A DNA stretch of 64,000 nt. Source: Chrysomallon squamiferum. Lineage: Eukaryota > Animalia > Mollusca. A program made the position numbers and the translations under genes. The stretch covers positions 5,084,001 to 5,148,000 of the forward strand of contig CM022677.1 of assembly GCA_012295275.1 (NCBI GenBank). Reading direction: 5' to 3'. Positions 1 through 13,705 of this stretch are shown here, piece after piece; within the stretch, counting starts at the first letter, position 1; every line of letters begins with the position of its first letter. The notes under the pieces are model-generated. The model worked only from the letters and a program-made list of their open reading frames with translations, was not told the origin of the DNA and did not search any database.

Positions 1-371
1 TTGAACTTGAACTTGTTAAATATATTAACCCTTTGAACCTGCAGGGCAGTTTTCCAGCCTGACCATATAGTATATGTGTTACAGTCAATGTGTCAAACCA
101 GTCATTTGGCCAGATGACTGAAAATGAGTGCCCTCAGTTTGACAGATTGCCTGATAAGGAATTTTGAATTCAGTCAATATGTCAAGTATTGTAAAAAAAT
201 ATATTTTGTGTTTGTTCTTTTCATGTTTTGTTTTTATTTTGTACTAAAGAGCCTGTGACCTTTGTGAACAGTTCTTACAACTGTTTATTTTACATCTGCT
301 TTGAACTTAGTTTCTTTGTTTTGTACTAATCAGCTTGTGTCCTTAAAGCAACACTAAGATTACACTGCTTT

Positions 372-1603
372 GATAGCTCTGATGGGACTGTTGGTGTTAA
401 ATTTGTTCGGTTTTGCAAGAACTCGAGTTTCAATGCTGGAATAAAACAGTCACCTTATACAACCTTATTTGGCATCAAAAACAGGATTGGTTTGACTTCC
501 TCATCATTACTGCATGATGTTATCCAGAGAACCTCTACCAGAAACCACTCAACCTCTACCAGAAACAACTCAACCTCTACCAGAAACAACTCAACCTCTA
601 TCAGAAACAACTCAACCTCTACCAGAAACAACTCAACCTCTACCAGAAACAACTCTACCTCTACCAGAAACAATTCAACCTCTACCAGAAACAACTCAAC
701 CTCTATCAGAAACAACTCCACCTCTACCAGAAACAACTCAACCTCTACCAGAAACAACTCAACCTCTATCAGAAACAACTCAACCTCTATCAGAAACAAC
801 TCAACCTCTACCAGAAACAACTCAACCTCTACCAGAAACAACTCAACCTCTATCAGAAACAACTCAACCTCTATCAGAAACAACTCAACCTCTACCAGAA
901 ACAACTCAACCTTTACCAGAAACAACTCAACCTCTATCAGAAACAACTCTACCTCTACAAGAAACAACTCAACCTCTACCTAAATGACTCAACCTCTATG
1001 AGAAATGACTCAACCTCTATCAGAAACAACTCAACCTGTATCTGAAACAACTCAACCTCTATCAGAAACGACTCAACCTCTACAAGAAAAAACTCAACCT
1101 CTACCTGAAATAACTCTACCTCTACCAGAAACAACTCAACCATTGAGCAGCATAGACAAGAAAAGAAAACTTGCAATAGCTGGACAACAGAAACAAACAA
1201 AGCATGTTGTTAAGCAGAGTTGTGTGATTATGAATGATGGTGCTGTTGTGATAAAGTAGCTGTGCCGATTCCGTCTGTTGACAGGGGATGTGGTGATCCC
1301 AGAAATATTCTTGTATTAGCTGAAGAAAACATACAATATACCACTGGTTGCCCTTCTGGTATTCTAAAACAGAAATATAGTCGACACCAGTTTGATTTAT
1401 GTCCTCAGAGACTCCTGAGTGAATCTGACATGAACAGTTTGTCACTTCGTCAAGTCAACAAAAAGGAGTCACAACACGGTGGTGAGGGTTTTGTCAAGTG
1501 CAAATGGTCCTAAAAGATGTCGGAGTAAGAGATGTGCTTGTTTAAAAATAATGTTTAGTGTAACAGCAGATGTCACAACAGTGTAAATTGTTTAAATAAA
1601 TGA
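372..1603 (+). pseudogene. C-terminal half of Ginger2/KRBA2-like transposase, frameshifted
   Basis: Hand translation gives VGVKFVRFCKNSSFNAGIKQSPYTTLFGIKNRIGLTSSSL, then the PETTQPL repeats, then IPSVDRGCGDPRNIL...GILKQKYSRHQFDLCPQRLL...SLRQ...GGEGFVKC, then a Cys-rich end CNSRCHNSVNCLNK* (TGA 1601-1603). This matches the recalled KRBA2/SCAND3-like tail. Confidence 0.8.
530..1142 (+). repeat. 21-bp minisatellite (cctctaccagaaacaactcaa)n, about 29 units
   Basis: Directly visible tandem array; translates as (PLPETTQ)n. Confidence 0.97.
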
Positions 1604-1847
1604 AGTATGTATTATGTGTCACCAATGTATTACACTGGTAAATTTGTTGTTACATGTATTTGATTATTAAATACAGATGAAACATAGTTTAGTTATTAGA
1701 AAACACCCAAGAAATACCCTTTAGTCATCTGGCCAAACAACTGGACACATTGACTGTAGCATATATACCTGCTCGTATTCTCAGCCATACTTCTGGCAGG
1801 AAGCTTCGATAATGTTTTTGCAAACAATTGCAGTTTTTGGAGTAAAC

Positions 1848-3095
1848 ATGAGCAGTAAGAAAGTGACAACCAAGCAGGCATTACAAATGATAATGTCAGA
1901 TTCTGAGGATGAGGATGAAGTGTTGGAATGTGAAATAATAGTGATTTTGAAAGTGAAGAGTGTGACGATGATGTTGTCAATGATACAAATAATAAAAACA
2001 TGAATGCAAATGAAGGTGAAAATGAAAATGATTCTGTTGATAATCACAGCCCAGATGGTGATGTTTTACAACCTGTTGGGGGGTTGTGGTTGTGGTAGAG
2101 GATGCGGTCATTGAGATGTGCAACAGAATTCTCAGCCTCTTTGTTTTTGAAACTAAGAATATGTCAGAGAAGCAAAACCTCACATTAGTATTCTAAATCC
2201 TTTAGTTCTCAGGCTTTGTCACCAACAGAGATAAAAACATTTTTTTGCTCTCAAGTAGCAATGGAAATGCTTATTCACAAGGACCGCTTTGGACAATTTT
2301 GGCGAGATACGGAAACTGTCTTGACCATCATGACTGCATTTCCACAGATTTTTAGCAATATGGTCTATGCTACATAGTGTAAATGTATTAGACCCGGAGC
2401 TAGACGAATCAGATAAGATTTACAAATCAAGGCCCATGTTCAGTCACTTATGGAAAAATTCAGGTTGCATTATATACCGAGAAGCAATCTGTTACCGGAC
2501 AAGGGAATGATTCCGATAAAAAACTTCCAATCTATAAAATAGTATATCAAAGATAAACCGATAAAGTGTGATATCAAAACCTACCTAGTTTGTGACAGTG
2601 AGAATGGCTACATTACAAATGCAGAAGTATATTCAGGTGGGAGGAAGGATGCTGAAAACATTGAAAATCTTAGTATGACTGGAAACCTTGTTATTTGTAT
2701 GTTGGAACCGTTTCATGACCAGCATTACTGTGTGTTTACAGACTCTACACTAGTGTATATTTGTGTGAGTTTTTGCTGGAAAAGAGAGGAATCTGCCTAG
2801 TGGCCACTGCACTTACAAATCGCAAACTTTTTCAAAAAAAAATTTGATCAAAACATCAAATTTCAAAGTGCAGTTTGAACTATTGTTCAATGGAACTGTA
2901 GCAGCAATTGTTTAGTGTGACAAAAAGCCCATTTATTTTGTAACTTCTGCATTTATAGCCCCCCCCCCCCCAGTACATGTACAAAGATATGATAGTAAAG
3001 AGCACAGAAGACTTCCTGTGGGATGTCTGAAAGCTGTCCAAAGTTACAATGTATAAAAATGAAAAACTTACCAAGCTGCATCAGGGCAGACGTCA
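1848..3095 (+). pseudogene. piggyBac (PGBD4-like) transposase, heavily disrupted
   Basis: Acidic N-terminus MSSKKVTTKQALQMIMSDSEDED. Fragments include FLAIWSMLH, DKIYKSRPM, YIKDKPIKC(W)DIKTYLVCDSENGY, HYCVFTD and DKKPIYF. Colinear with copy B; many stops and frameshifts. Confidence 0.85.
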
Positions 3096-3102
3096 TTACA
3101 AA

Positions 3103-3770
3103 AACATCTGGGAAGAAACCCACCTACATAAGAAGATATAAACAATATGGTGGAAACATATTGAAAGCTGACTTGAAGTATAAAGAGAATCCATATAAAC
3201 AAACACTAAATAGAGCTGTTAGGGAATAAGGATATCTATTAAACAAAAACTGAAAATACTAAAAACTTCAAATCCCAAAGAGTATTTGTCAATTCTGAAC
3301 AACTGTAAGCAGAGATGGTCAACTGATTCTTTATTTCATTTTTTCAAAACTCTTAATAGCAATGTTGATGAAACATGTAGCACAATAGAAGAATTACTCA
3401 AGGACAAGAAACTACTAATGATGTTTTGAACAAGTCTCATTCAGCCGAGGAAATATCTGGAGCAGTAAACAGACTGCACTGTCATTGACCAGCTGGAGAA
3501 GATTTTATTATTAATGACTATATTAAGTATACTGCTAATGTTATGTTACATTTATATGTTCTGCTATTATTGACTCAGCAATTATACCATCCGATTGGTT
3601 AGTGGGACTCCTCAAACCAATATAAAAAATAAAGGAGCTCGAAATGACCCTGAAAATTATACATTATTAAATTATTAAGCTGTTCAGGTAAATTTTTTAC
3701 ATCTCTTCTTAATTCTAGATGAAATAAGTATGCAGATGAAACAAACCTGATTTTAGAAAATATGATGCTT
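3103..3770 (+). mobile_element. Non-LTR retrotransposon ORF2 fragment (linker and start of RT)
   Basis: Fragments include FHFFKTLNS, IIPSDWLVGLLKPI*KNKGARNDPENY and LLSCSGKFFTSLLNSR, typical of RT subdomains 0-1. Paralogous to 28650-29225. Confidence 0.85.
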
Positions 3771-3832
3771 CTTCTTCTTTTATTTTAAAATATAGAATGT
3801 TACAACAAAATAATCAGGTTTGTATAAAAGTA

Positions 3833-3940
<108 letters not shown>

Positions 3941-4046
3941 AATGCAGTGTATGACACAAGATTCTAATGTATATTACACAATGCAACTTCCTACATTAAA
4001 TTAAATTAAACTTCACTGGGTTTAGAATAATAAGAAATCAAATTCA

Positions 4047-5249
4047 CCTGTTCAGTTTCTTTTCTCTTTTCCCGTGGCAGCAAACTTTATCCTCAGCACT
4101 GGACAGCACCTTCTGCTGAAACAACTTCACTAGCCAACATCAGTTATTGCATTCTCAAAAAAATACAAAAATAATAATAATAAAAATAATAAACTGTTAT
4201 AAATAAATAACTAATGTTTCTGTTATTATTAAAATTTAAATTGTACTGGTACCACTTACTGGATTATTCAGACATAAAGGGGTGCGTGATATCTTTGGTA
4301 TATTTTGTATAATCATTATAAAGATAATGATGATAATGGTATTAATTTAATTAATTAAAAAAACAATAGCAAATAAATTATTATTATTATGGTATTTTAC
4401 AATCAGTAAAGAGTTGTTACTATAAAATTTATTTCACTTTCTCTAAGAAAGAAAAATAAGATAAAAATCTCACAACTTTGAATTGTGCAGTCTGCAGTTT
4501 CTATACAGCTGATTCATCCTTCTCCATGATGTAAATTTCCTTTCTAGACATCAGCTGAATAATATAGCAATTACCTGTATAAAAGATTTATCATTAATTG
4601 GTAAACAAAGATTTTAGCAATTCCAAAATGAACATGACACTTTTTTTGTTTTTGTTTATCAATCTACATTTGTCTGATAAATGCATTTTTGTCTGTTTAT
4701 TATCATTCATGCAATATGTCTCTCTCACACATAATCACACACATACGAATGCATGCTCACACACAAACACACACACACGCACGCACGCACACACACAAAC
4801 ACACATATAAACTAATTAAAACCCTGTTGAGAGGTTTCTGAAAACATTCTAACACAGGCCTGACACATTACTTGACACCAGACTGTTCACATTATCAATA
4901 GTCTCTTGTATCCCTTCTTACCAGCATCAGCTTGTTTTCACAAAACCGCAGACTTCAGTGGTGCTCTGACCTTTTCTTCTTGTTCCTGTCCATGCTGAAT
5001 GTAGTATCCCAGCAGCACTTGCACTCTACAGAGTGATTCTGGTCAGTGATTGTGTAGCTTGATGAGAAATTTATAATGTCAACCGGGTACATTATCAGTA
5101 GATACAGATGTAAATAGTTTTGGATGTCTTAGTATTAGTCACATTATCTGCATAAGGCACCTACTTCAAAAAATAATCATTTTAGTAGTGTTTTGTGCAT
5201 GGAGATTGTACAGTGTATTAGTATCGTTTGTGATTATGGTTATAAACTA

Positions 5250-5312
<63 letters not shown>

Positions 5313-5676
5313 TAAATGTTATTATAACAAATAATTTTATTAATATTTTACAGTGTCTGTATATGAAATAAATTGGTCATATTTTTCTTAAATATTTATT
5401 CATCATTACTTGTTTTTAATGTTAACTTTAAGCTATACAGGTATTTAGTTTAAATAATATGAAAGCATTTAGGGCCCCACCGATTATAAACTTTAATATG
5501 GTTAAAAAAAGTATTTAATGGATAGAGGAAGTCAGCAATTTAACATAAATCTTTAAAAAAAATAAATCGTAAATTAGCTGACAGAAAACAACCTGCCAAA
5601 CAAAATCAGTCTATTTTCTTTTAATAGTTTTATTAGTAAATAAAAAAAAATAAAAAAAAATAAAAATAAAAATAAA

Positions 5677-5733
<57 letters not shown>

Positions 5734-6260
5734 AATAAATAAAAATTGTTTGTGAGTTGACATATAGATGTTGTGTGGTGTTTACTTTGGTGTGTGCTAC
5801 ACAAGTCATTTTATTTTAAAACAAATTTCATTACTGGCCACACAAAATTTTCTGATACATCATACAGTGATTGGTAAAACAAAATTAAGACTAAACACAT
5901 AGTTAAAAAAAATAAATAAATAAATAAAACACATAGTTAAAAAAAATAAATAAATAAATAAAAAAATAAATAAAATAAATAAATATTATTCCCGAATAAA
6001 AAATAAAAAATAAATAAATATTATTCCCGAATAAGATGGCTGCCATCAGGTGGCTGTGATGTTTAAATTATAATTAAATAAAAAAAAAAAATCCAATCTC
6101 ATTAACAACTATAATAATAAATAGTACTACCTGTCTGCTTCACAAAATGAAATACTTTAAGCAACTTTTTTGTTGCATGATAATGCGATTACACCAATTC
6201 TGTAGAAGATTCTTCAAATCCCGACAATCCTCCCGCATTTTCCCGAAAATACAATCCTAA
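4047..6260 (-). pseudogene. Unidentified spliced gene relic, copy A
   Basis: Exon-like blocks at about 6131-6250, 4825-5075, 4474-4574 and 4047-4140 are conserved with copies B and/or C. Several have AG/GT boundaries, e.g. tttatacag|GTAATTGC...CAAAGTT|gtgaga. They contain stops and a large internal deletion. Product not recognised. Confidence 0.55.
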
Positions 6261-6380
6261 AAAAAAGAAAGAAAAAGAATTCAAAACAAATAAATAAAAT
6301 AAAAGAACATAACAACCTTTCTTAAAATATACTCGATGTGGTTCTTTTTTTATTATTATTATTGTTATTTGTTGCTTTTT

Positions 6381-6420
6381 ATTAGCCAATCATTGACGTA
6401 AACTTCAAATAAACGGTGTT
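6381..6420 (-). promoter_or_regulatory. Putative promoter block (CCAAT box, TTTGAA/CHR-like, CRE-like) upstream of gene relic A
   Basis: attagccaatcattgacgtaaacttcaaataaacggtgtt is conserved in copy C (51731-51770) while flanks are low-complexity. Lies about 130 bp upstream of the first exon-like block. Confidence 0.3.
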
Positions 6421-6544
6421 GTTATTTTACCCCCAACTTTTTCTTTCTTCTTCTTTTTTATTTATTTATATTTATGAAGGATATATTTCATCTTTTCAGG
6501 TGTCTTCTCCTGGTGTACTGAAATGTTAACTAAAAACATGTGAA

Positions 6545-6619
<75 letters not shown>

Positions 6620-7243
6620 ATAAAAACATGTGAACGTAAATACAACAAACAGCGAAGTAAAAAAGATATGTACTTAAGAGAAAAAAGAGTGTGGCTGACT
6701 ATACTGATTTCGACTGCCTATATTAATGTTAAGAAAATTGTTAGATTTGATTAGTAAAATAGAAAAACGTAGAAACCTCTACCAAACAAAAGAGAGAAAA
6801 AGTAAACCAAAAATAAATAAATCACACTCCACGTTCACACACAGGTACCTGCACTGTCACGAGAGATAGTAGGAATTAGTCTCACTTTCACTTTTATTGT
6901 TTTCAATATTTCCTAATTTTCGTTGCTTCTAAACCAATGAAATTATTTTGATAACAAAAACTATTAAAATAAGCTATGGTTTTCTTCAAAACGATTGCGT
7001 TTTTCAGCCATTGTTCTCAATGTAAAAATGACGAAACAATTTTCATCTAAAGATTTGCAGTGACGTATAAAGATCGGCGGGAAATATAAATATGTCGACT
7101 AGACATATCTGAGATCTATCTTGAAAAAAGATCAAACCCAACGTTAGGCCTATAATTCCCACATTTCTAACTACCGTCAGTGTTTTGCACGCACACGCAC
7201 AGTCATATACAAATTCTATTTTAAGCAAGATTTATGTATGTAT

Positions 7244-7274
<31 letters not shown>

Positions 7275-7901
7275 TAAAATGATCATAATATCTGTATGTG
7301 AAATTTTAATGAGAAAACGTAGTACAATAATTCTTCTTGTATAATTCTTCAAATAGTATATTATTTGATTTAAGATACAACTGTAGCTGTTATTTAAGAA
7401 GCTTTACAAGACAGCTTAGAAATTTAATAATCTGTAATTAACCGCATTATTTTGAATCAACCTTAGAAAAAGAATGGGAAATAGTGAATGCAAAATGGGC
7501 TATAGACATAGAGATTTCAGCAGTTGTTATCTACGTCAAAATATCCACACACACACACACACACATACACACATACACACACACATATTTATATATGTGA
7601 TTGATATTTTTAAAATATATTTATGCATATACTTAGAATTAGAAAACGCGTTGGCTTAGGAATTTTATTTTATTCTCAAAAATAATCATTTTCTAATTTC
7701 ATTCGAATTTATTTAATCTGCTCCGGTTGAAATTTAAGTCCAATTCGCTAGTTTTCCGCTGTTTTTCACTGAACATTTATTCATCTATATAAAACTGTTT
7801 TAAAATTGAATACAGAAGCATTCGGGATTGTACAGAAATAAACTTCTAGAACAATGCATTTATAAATCTTTTTTAAATATTTCAAAAACTGTTTACATAG
7901 T

Positions 7902-7932
<31 letters not shown>

Positions 7933-8154
7933 TGTATCTATAAATAAAAGTGTAAGCTCTCAAAACATTATTTTACAAACACACTACCGCACTGGCTGCT
8001 ACACCATCATATTTTGTATACACAAGAATGTATATCGCCAAATATAACAATATCGTTATTAAACCTGCTTTTTTTTCTAACAAAAAGTTCGCATCATTGA
8101 ATGATGTTGTATTGAATGTTCTGTTACAGTTGCCCCCCTTTGCAAAAGTGTGCA

Positions 8155-8186
<32 letters not shown>

Positions 8187-8945
8187 CTAGTGATAATATA
8201 GGCAATATAGATGAACATTATTAATTAGATAATGTATTTATTTATCATTTTTATTATTAGTAGTAGTAGTATTACAACTACTACTATTATTATATTAATT
8301 ATTAAAATAAATCATGTAGACTGTCTAAAACATTTTTATGAGGATGCTAATGATTTACCGTTTAATTTTTATTTTCTCTTGGAAGTGAACACCTTCCAGT
8401 ATTTCTTATGTTTAATGTCATTATTCTTAAAGCAGGAAAATTTGTAATTCACTTGCTATAACATGAACAGAAGTTTAAATGTTTAACAACAAGTGTAAAG
8501 AAAGCTAACAAAGAGTTGAGAAATGGAAAAGTGATCAGTTAATTTTAACTGAATTCTTTCAGTGGCTGTTTTCATTTGTCACCGGTAATCTATGTTTAGT
8601 TACAACGGGAAGATCTACGTTGTTCAATGCCACCGAGAGATGTCCTGTCCGTCTCTTTACAATAATCTCTTACGTCTACAAATCGTGCTGGGGATGGGTA
8701 TTGAAATTACTTCTTAATTTTGTTATACTTCACAAATCGGCAAATGGATCATTGAAAATAAGTTGCTGAAAGATTGATGTTCATCAAACACAGAGATATA
8801 CATAGATATAGAGACCAGGATGAATTACATTTAGTTGTAAACTGACGGACATGTTGGATGAAGCGAAAGGGATCAGAGATGATTTGATGCCTTTTTGTTT
8901 GACGGATAAATAGACCGAGCAAGAGACCTTCATATGGATTAATAG

Positions 8946-9185
8946 GAAGATAGATATATATACCGTAGATAGATAAACAGACAGACAGATAGATATATAT
9001 ACCGTAGATAGATAAACAGATAGATTAGATAGACTGAAAATTAAACAGGTTGATATGACCCTGTCAAAGTTTGTATTGAGGAAGATAGATATATATACCG
9101 TAGATAGATAAACAGACAGACAGATAGATCTGATAGACTGAAAATGAAACAGGCTGATATGACCCTGTAAAAGTTTGTATTGAGT
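8946..9185. repeat. Local direct duplication of about 105-135 bp containing GATA/GACA repeats
   Basis: ggaagatagatatatataccgtagatag...gatatgaccctgt(c/a)aaagtttgtattgag occurs twice in tandem. Confidence 0.9.
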
Positions 9186-9322
9186 TAATACAAAAATATC
9201 AGCCTGATCTGGCGCGCACTCAACTTTTCCTTTATAACATCTTACATTTCATCGATTATAGAGAAGACCTGAATACTGGGAAATATAGAGCGTACGTTCA
9301 GTTTATTTTAATTTTTTAAACT

Positions 9323-9367
<45 letters not shown>

Positions 9368-11079
9368 AACAAATAGAAGAAAACTCAAATTATATTCCAT
9401 TATGTACACAAAGTTATCAAGTTTACTTTGTAAAACTATAAATCATAATATAAATCATAAACAAGTAAAAATAAGGTGATATTTTTAATTAAGGATACCG
9501 CTATTGACAGTCTAAATAATGTTTGTGAAAGAAATATATATCTAATAAAAATAGTTTAATAAACTTCAAAATGTTGATGAATTTCAGATTAATCAAATTA
9601 TTTCTCGTATATAAAAATAAAAGGTCAATTTAAATTTGATAATAAATTTTATTAAGCAAATTTGACAAACTTGAACTCAATTTTTTAATTAGAGTCATTA
9701 ACGGGTGTACATCAACGCAAGTTGTACAGTGTAATATACTTTACATTTCTTATTATAACTGAAGTTCTCTTACTACATTAGATATTAATATAACCGCTTC
9801 ACCAGTCATAATCTATATAACAATGAAGCAGACACCGTAGTTGTCAGTCCTCCCTTTGTCAACAGCTAAAAACAACAACAACAACAGTAATAACACCTTA
9901 ATACTTTTATTTTTTATTTTGTTTTTATTTGTCTGTAAAAACAGAAGCTTCCTATATATGTTTGACGCTATTCTCTTAGTTTCATTAAAACTGTTCTGAG
10001 TGCGGATATAAAAATTACTTCTGATTTTTTATTAGGGCTCGTAAAGTTATCAGAGAAATCAGATTTATTCTTAGTGTATTGTTTCTGTCGAGATAAAAAA
10101 TAAATACTTCTTTTTAAAAAAGTATATAATAAATGATAATAATGATTTATTTATAATGTAATTACATGAGAAATCGTGAACTTTTATCAAAACCACAGTT
10201 AACTAAAGAATATCGCTATTTGCACTGATAATGTCACCCAAAAATAAGTCCCTTGTTTTATCATTATTATTTATATGGCATTTTAACATTATATTAATTA
10301 GAGATTATCTGTTATATTATTGAATAAATATGGAATTTCATTCTCGATTATTAACTTACTTTTAGATGTGTTTAAGAAAAATTAATGATATATTCTTAAT
10401 TACATAATTTGATAAATACTAGCTGAATTTTAGATTAATTATGTAATTTCATCTAGAGAGAGATGTAAATTGTGTCGCGGAATGTCATGTTACAGCGATC
10501 ATAAAACACAATATCACATAGGAGGAAAATGTCCCAAAATAAATAGTTGGGTATTTTAAAGATGTTATTTGATTCAGATGGACATTTTTATATTTAATCA
10601 TATACAAATTATTTAAACATATAAAAATATATTTAATCATATAAAAATTATTTAAACATTAAAATATATTTAATCATATCAACATATATTTAATCATATC
10701 AAAATATACTTAACTATTTCAAAATATATTTAATTATATCTGAATATATTTGTCTTAAACGTTTTATTTGCTACTATGTAGCCACATACTTACCTTCTAA
10801 TTAACGGTTCATTTTGTAAACTCTTCAGAACATGAAATATGTTTCATTATTTTCTGCAAGTGATTATGTGCGTGTGTGCGTGTGTCTGTGTGTCCATATC
10901 TATCTGTCTGTATAAAAATGTAATCGTATCTTATTTAAATTTATTTTGTCAATATGAATGTGTACGTAAAGTGCCTTTTGAAAACTGCGAATGTGAAAAA
11001 GGAAATAATTGTATTGAAATGTACGCAAACTAATAAAAATATGTTCCTTATATCAATTCAGGTCTTTTGTTTTATGATT

Positions 11080-11286
11080 TACAGTCAGCGATCAAGTGGG
11101 TTAAGAGAATTTACATTATCCTCACTTGAAGAAATCACAGTTGTTTTCACATCAGTGTTTACAATAATCATGTTCTGTGAAAAGGGATATATTTTCAGAG
11201 ATAGGTTTGATGCTGAAGTGTGCACTTGTTTAACCAACACAGCATGTTTTTCTGAGACTATCGAGTTCAAGATTAATAAAGTGTAA
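11080..11286 (+). mobile_element. Probable hAT transposase C-terminal (dimerisation domain) relic
   Basis: VVFTSVFTIIMFCEKGYIFRDRFDAEVCTCLTNT resembles the recalled hAT/Buster tail PFxTTYLCExGFS...RNRLDxExDLRxxLS; degenerate. Confidence 0.45.
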
Positions 11287-11319
11287 TGAAAATTACAAAT
11301 AACTTTTCTTGCGTTCAAA

Positions 11320-11672
11320 TCCTATACTAAAATGCATTATTACTATTTCTATTAATATCACCATAGTTGCTGTCCTTGTTCCTAGCTTTGTTGCTGTAAT
11401 TCTCATTATTGTTTAGCGCTTTTTATTAGTCATTACTTTCTGACTGTTAAATTGTATTATTGTAATTTCTATTAATGTCGCCGTCGTTGCCGTTGTACCG
11501 GCATAGTTCCTAACGTAGTTATTAGAGTGCTTCTCGTTGTTCTTCTTTGTTTTTTATCACCTAGTATTATTATTTCTGAGCGTGCGCATCTTGTATTAAA
11601 ATATATTATTAATATATCTTTATCATTAGTGTTAACGTTGGAGACGCTGCTGTCGTACCTGTGTTGACAGTG
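11320..11672 (-). repeat. Three monomers of a CpG-rich ~130-bp repeat family
   Basis: Reverse-complement match to 50930-51305, e.g. tttctattaatgtcgccgtcgttg versus caacgacggcgacattaatagaaa. Confidence 0.8.
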
Positions 11673-11674
11673 AT

Positions 11675-11898
11675 TGCTCTTTTCTTTTTCCCAAATCACT
11701 ATTTTCTTTTTGAGGGCAACTAACTTGTCTGTTGAAGTGAGAATATTTTCGTTTTTACCTTGCATTCTACTATTTCTTTTATTTTGGGATCACGTGGTTT
11801 TTCGCATTTTCTTAGTATGCCGTTCAAAATTTTGCGGCACACATAGGAAGATCTCGTGGCACACCTGTGTGCCGCGGCACACTGGTTGAGAATCACTG
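11675..11898 (-). mobile_element. hAT (Charlie/Buster-type) deletion derivative: one terminus joined to a transposase fragment
   Basis: The minus strand begins CAGTGATTCTCAACCAGTGTGCCGCGGCACAC, a Buster/Charlie-like terminus. It contains MQGKNENILTSTDKLVALKKKIVIW, matching the ZBED5/FAM200-type motif LQGKNxNILxxxDKxxAFKKKLxLW. Confidence 0.8.
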
Positions 11899-12697
11899 AA
11901 TTAATGTTATACTAATCATGTTATAAGGCAGAATATTGATAAACATTATTTACACCTCAAAGTATTTGTGTAAACTGTTTAACAAATATAAATTGATTGA
12001 CAAGATAAATATATGTAATTATTTTAAATCATATTACAAAAATCATTTTTAAAATCTCTAATAATGCTTGAAGGAGGCACTGGATTGGAAAATGGATGAA
12101 AAACAAATAAAAAATAAATAAAGAAATGCATAGCTTAATTTATGTGTTTGTTGTGTATGTGTGTTTTTGTATGCAAATGTGTGCACCAACACACACCAAT
12201 GTAAACACACATCATGGATTCATATATATTTTATTTATACTCATCAATATTCAGTCCATTCTCAGCAGCTTACCTCTATCAGAGAGGGCGTAAGTGCATG
12301 CGTGCATGTGTATGTATTGTATGCACGGATAGATAGATAGATCAGATAGATCAGATAGATCCTGAAGTCACTATCAGTAATTGCAATATATGATCACTAG
12401 ATAGGTTTCTATATTTTCAGTCGGTAAACAAAAACAATATTACTTTTTTAAATATTTAATTACCAGTTTAATCTTAAAAGCCCCTAGTGCTTGTACAAAC
12501 TTCAGCCTGTTTATCAGTAGCTCCATCCATATGCAGGACAGACAGTCGGTGTGTGGGTGACTAGGGCAGGGGGGGTGGATAGGATAAAAACGGGTGAGCT
12601 TAGGGTCCCGGACAGAAAAGGTGAGTTGAACACAAGACCTCCCGCCCTACCCAGACATTTTTCGAGATTTATCACATATGGATAATTAGCGTACGTA

Positions 12698-12930
12698 AGC
12701 TTAGTGAGTACATGTCACGTAAGGGAGATAACTGTAATCGATACAATTTTCACTTTGCTTAGTGAGTACATCTCACATAAGGGACTCTAACCTGTTTGTG
12801 AACACATATCACTAAAGGGAGATAAGTCTAATCGATATAATTTTTAATTTGTTTACTGAGTACATCTCATGTAAGGAACCTAACTCTAATCCAGGTTTGT
12901 GAGCACATATCACTAAACTGTAATCAATAT
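12698..12930. repeat. Degenerate tandem repeat of ~60-100-bp modules
   Basis: gagtacat(g/c)tcac..aagg occurs three times; aagggagataa...taatcgata and gaacacatatcactaaa each occur twice. Confidence 0.75.
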
Positions 12931-13002
12931 AGCCTTCACTTCGCCGAGTAAACTCATCCCACTTCTGGTGACACATCATTGGGGTATGACCCATGTTATT
13001 TA

Positions 13003-13208
13003 CAGGGTGTCCCAGATGTAACCGAACCTGAATTGTTATGAAAAGTTACAGTTAAATGAAACAAATTTTATTTCATATAGTTACAGCAAATGTTCAAAAT
13101 GCAAACCATTATTTGTAATACAGTGATGACGTCGTTCAATGGTTGATTGTTACTTTTTTGCACATTTCCGTGAAGCAGACTTGAAATCAGTGATCATCGA
13201 TTGAGCAG
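13003..13208 (-). mobile_element. Tc1/mariner element 3' end, cut by assembly gap
   Basis: TA|CAGGGTGTCCCA terminus at 13001-13014. The minus strand encodes IERRHHCITNNGLHFEHLL*, a typical mariner-group C-terminal motif (CIxxxGxHFEHLL). Confidence 0.8.
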
Positions 13209-13408
13209 NNNNNNNNNNNNNNNNNNNNNNNNNNNNNNNNNNNNNNNNNNNNNNNNNNNNNNNNNNNNNNNNNNNNNNNNNNNNNNNNNNNNNNNNNNNN
13301 NNNNNNNNNNNNNNNNNNNNNNNNNNNNNNNNNNNNNNNNNNNNNNNNNNNNNNNNNNNNNNNNNNNNNNNNNNNNNNNNNNNNNNNNNNNNNNNNNNNN
13401 NNNNNNNN
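13209..13408. other. Assembly gap (200 N)
   Basis: Run of exactly 200 N. Confidence 1.
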
Positions 13409-13489
13409 CTCGTATTTTCCTGTAATATATAATCAATAAATTGTGAAAAATAAAAAATAAAATAATAATAACACATATACTGACACATT

Positions 13490-13705
13490 TCCTTAGTTGT
13501 TATTAAAGTTTAATTGTTTTTATCACTTAACCTGTTCCATAATTCTCGATTTACACTGATTCTACATTCTGTCATATTAACTGCGCTCCTACTAAGCATG
13601 ATTTTTTTTTTTTCATAAATAAAAATGAAATATTTACTCTATTTATACGGCGTTATTTGATTTTAATAACCTTTTCCCGCAATATCACCTTTCTTTCCTG
13701 TATTC
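13490..13705. repeat. Dispersed ~215-bp segment, inverted copy at 54578-54790
   Basis: ataattctcgatttacactgattctacattctgtcatattaactgcgctcctactaa is the exact reverse complement of sequence at about 54683-54740. Confidence 0.9.

Larger units (their letters stand above)
77..1761 (+). mobile_element. Ginger2/TDD-like (KRBA2/SCAND3-type integrase) DNA transposon nested in piggyBac copy A, internally deleted
   Basis: Inverted termini: TGTTACAGTCAATGTGTC...TTTGGCCAGATGACT (77-119) versus AGTCATCTGGCCAAA...GACACATTGACTGTAGCA (1723-1761). Flanks TATG and TATA resemble a 4-bp TSD with one mismatch. Encodes the C-terminal half of an integrase-type transposase. Confidence 0.75.
29..3100 (+). mobile_element. 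piggyBac DNA transposon, copy A (left end intact, right end deleted)
   Basis: TTAA at 25-28 is followed by CCCTTTGAACC, the same left terminus as copy B at 24736. A decayed piggyBac transposase lies downstream. Similarity to copy B stops near 3100, where the sequence jumps into LINE ORF2. Confidence 0.85.

Noticed and set aside
455-987. ORFs of (FLVEVEL)n, (TRNNSTS)n or (PETTQPL)n as a host mucin or membrane protein gene
   Set aside because: They are alternative readings of a 21-bp minisatellite inside a broken transposase; no signal peptide or gene structure.
13150-13488. ORFs spanning 13.2-13.4 kb (and 62291-62581)
   Set aside because: Artefacts of translating N gaps.
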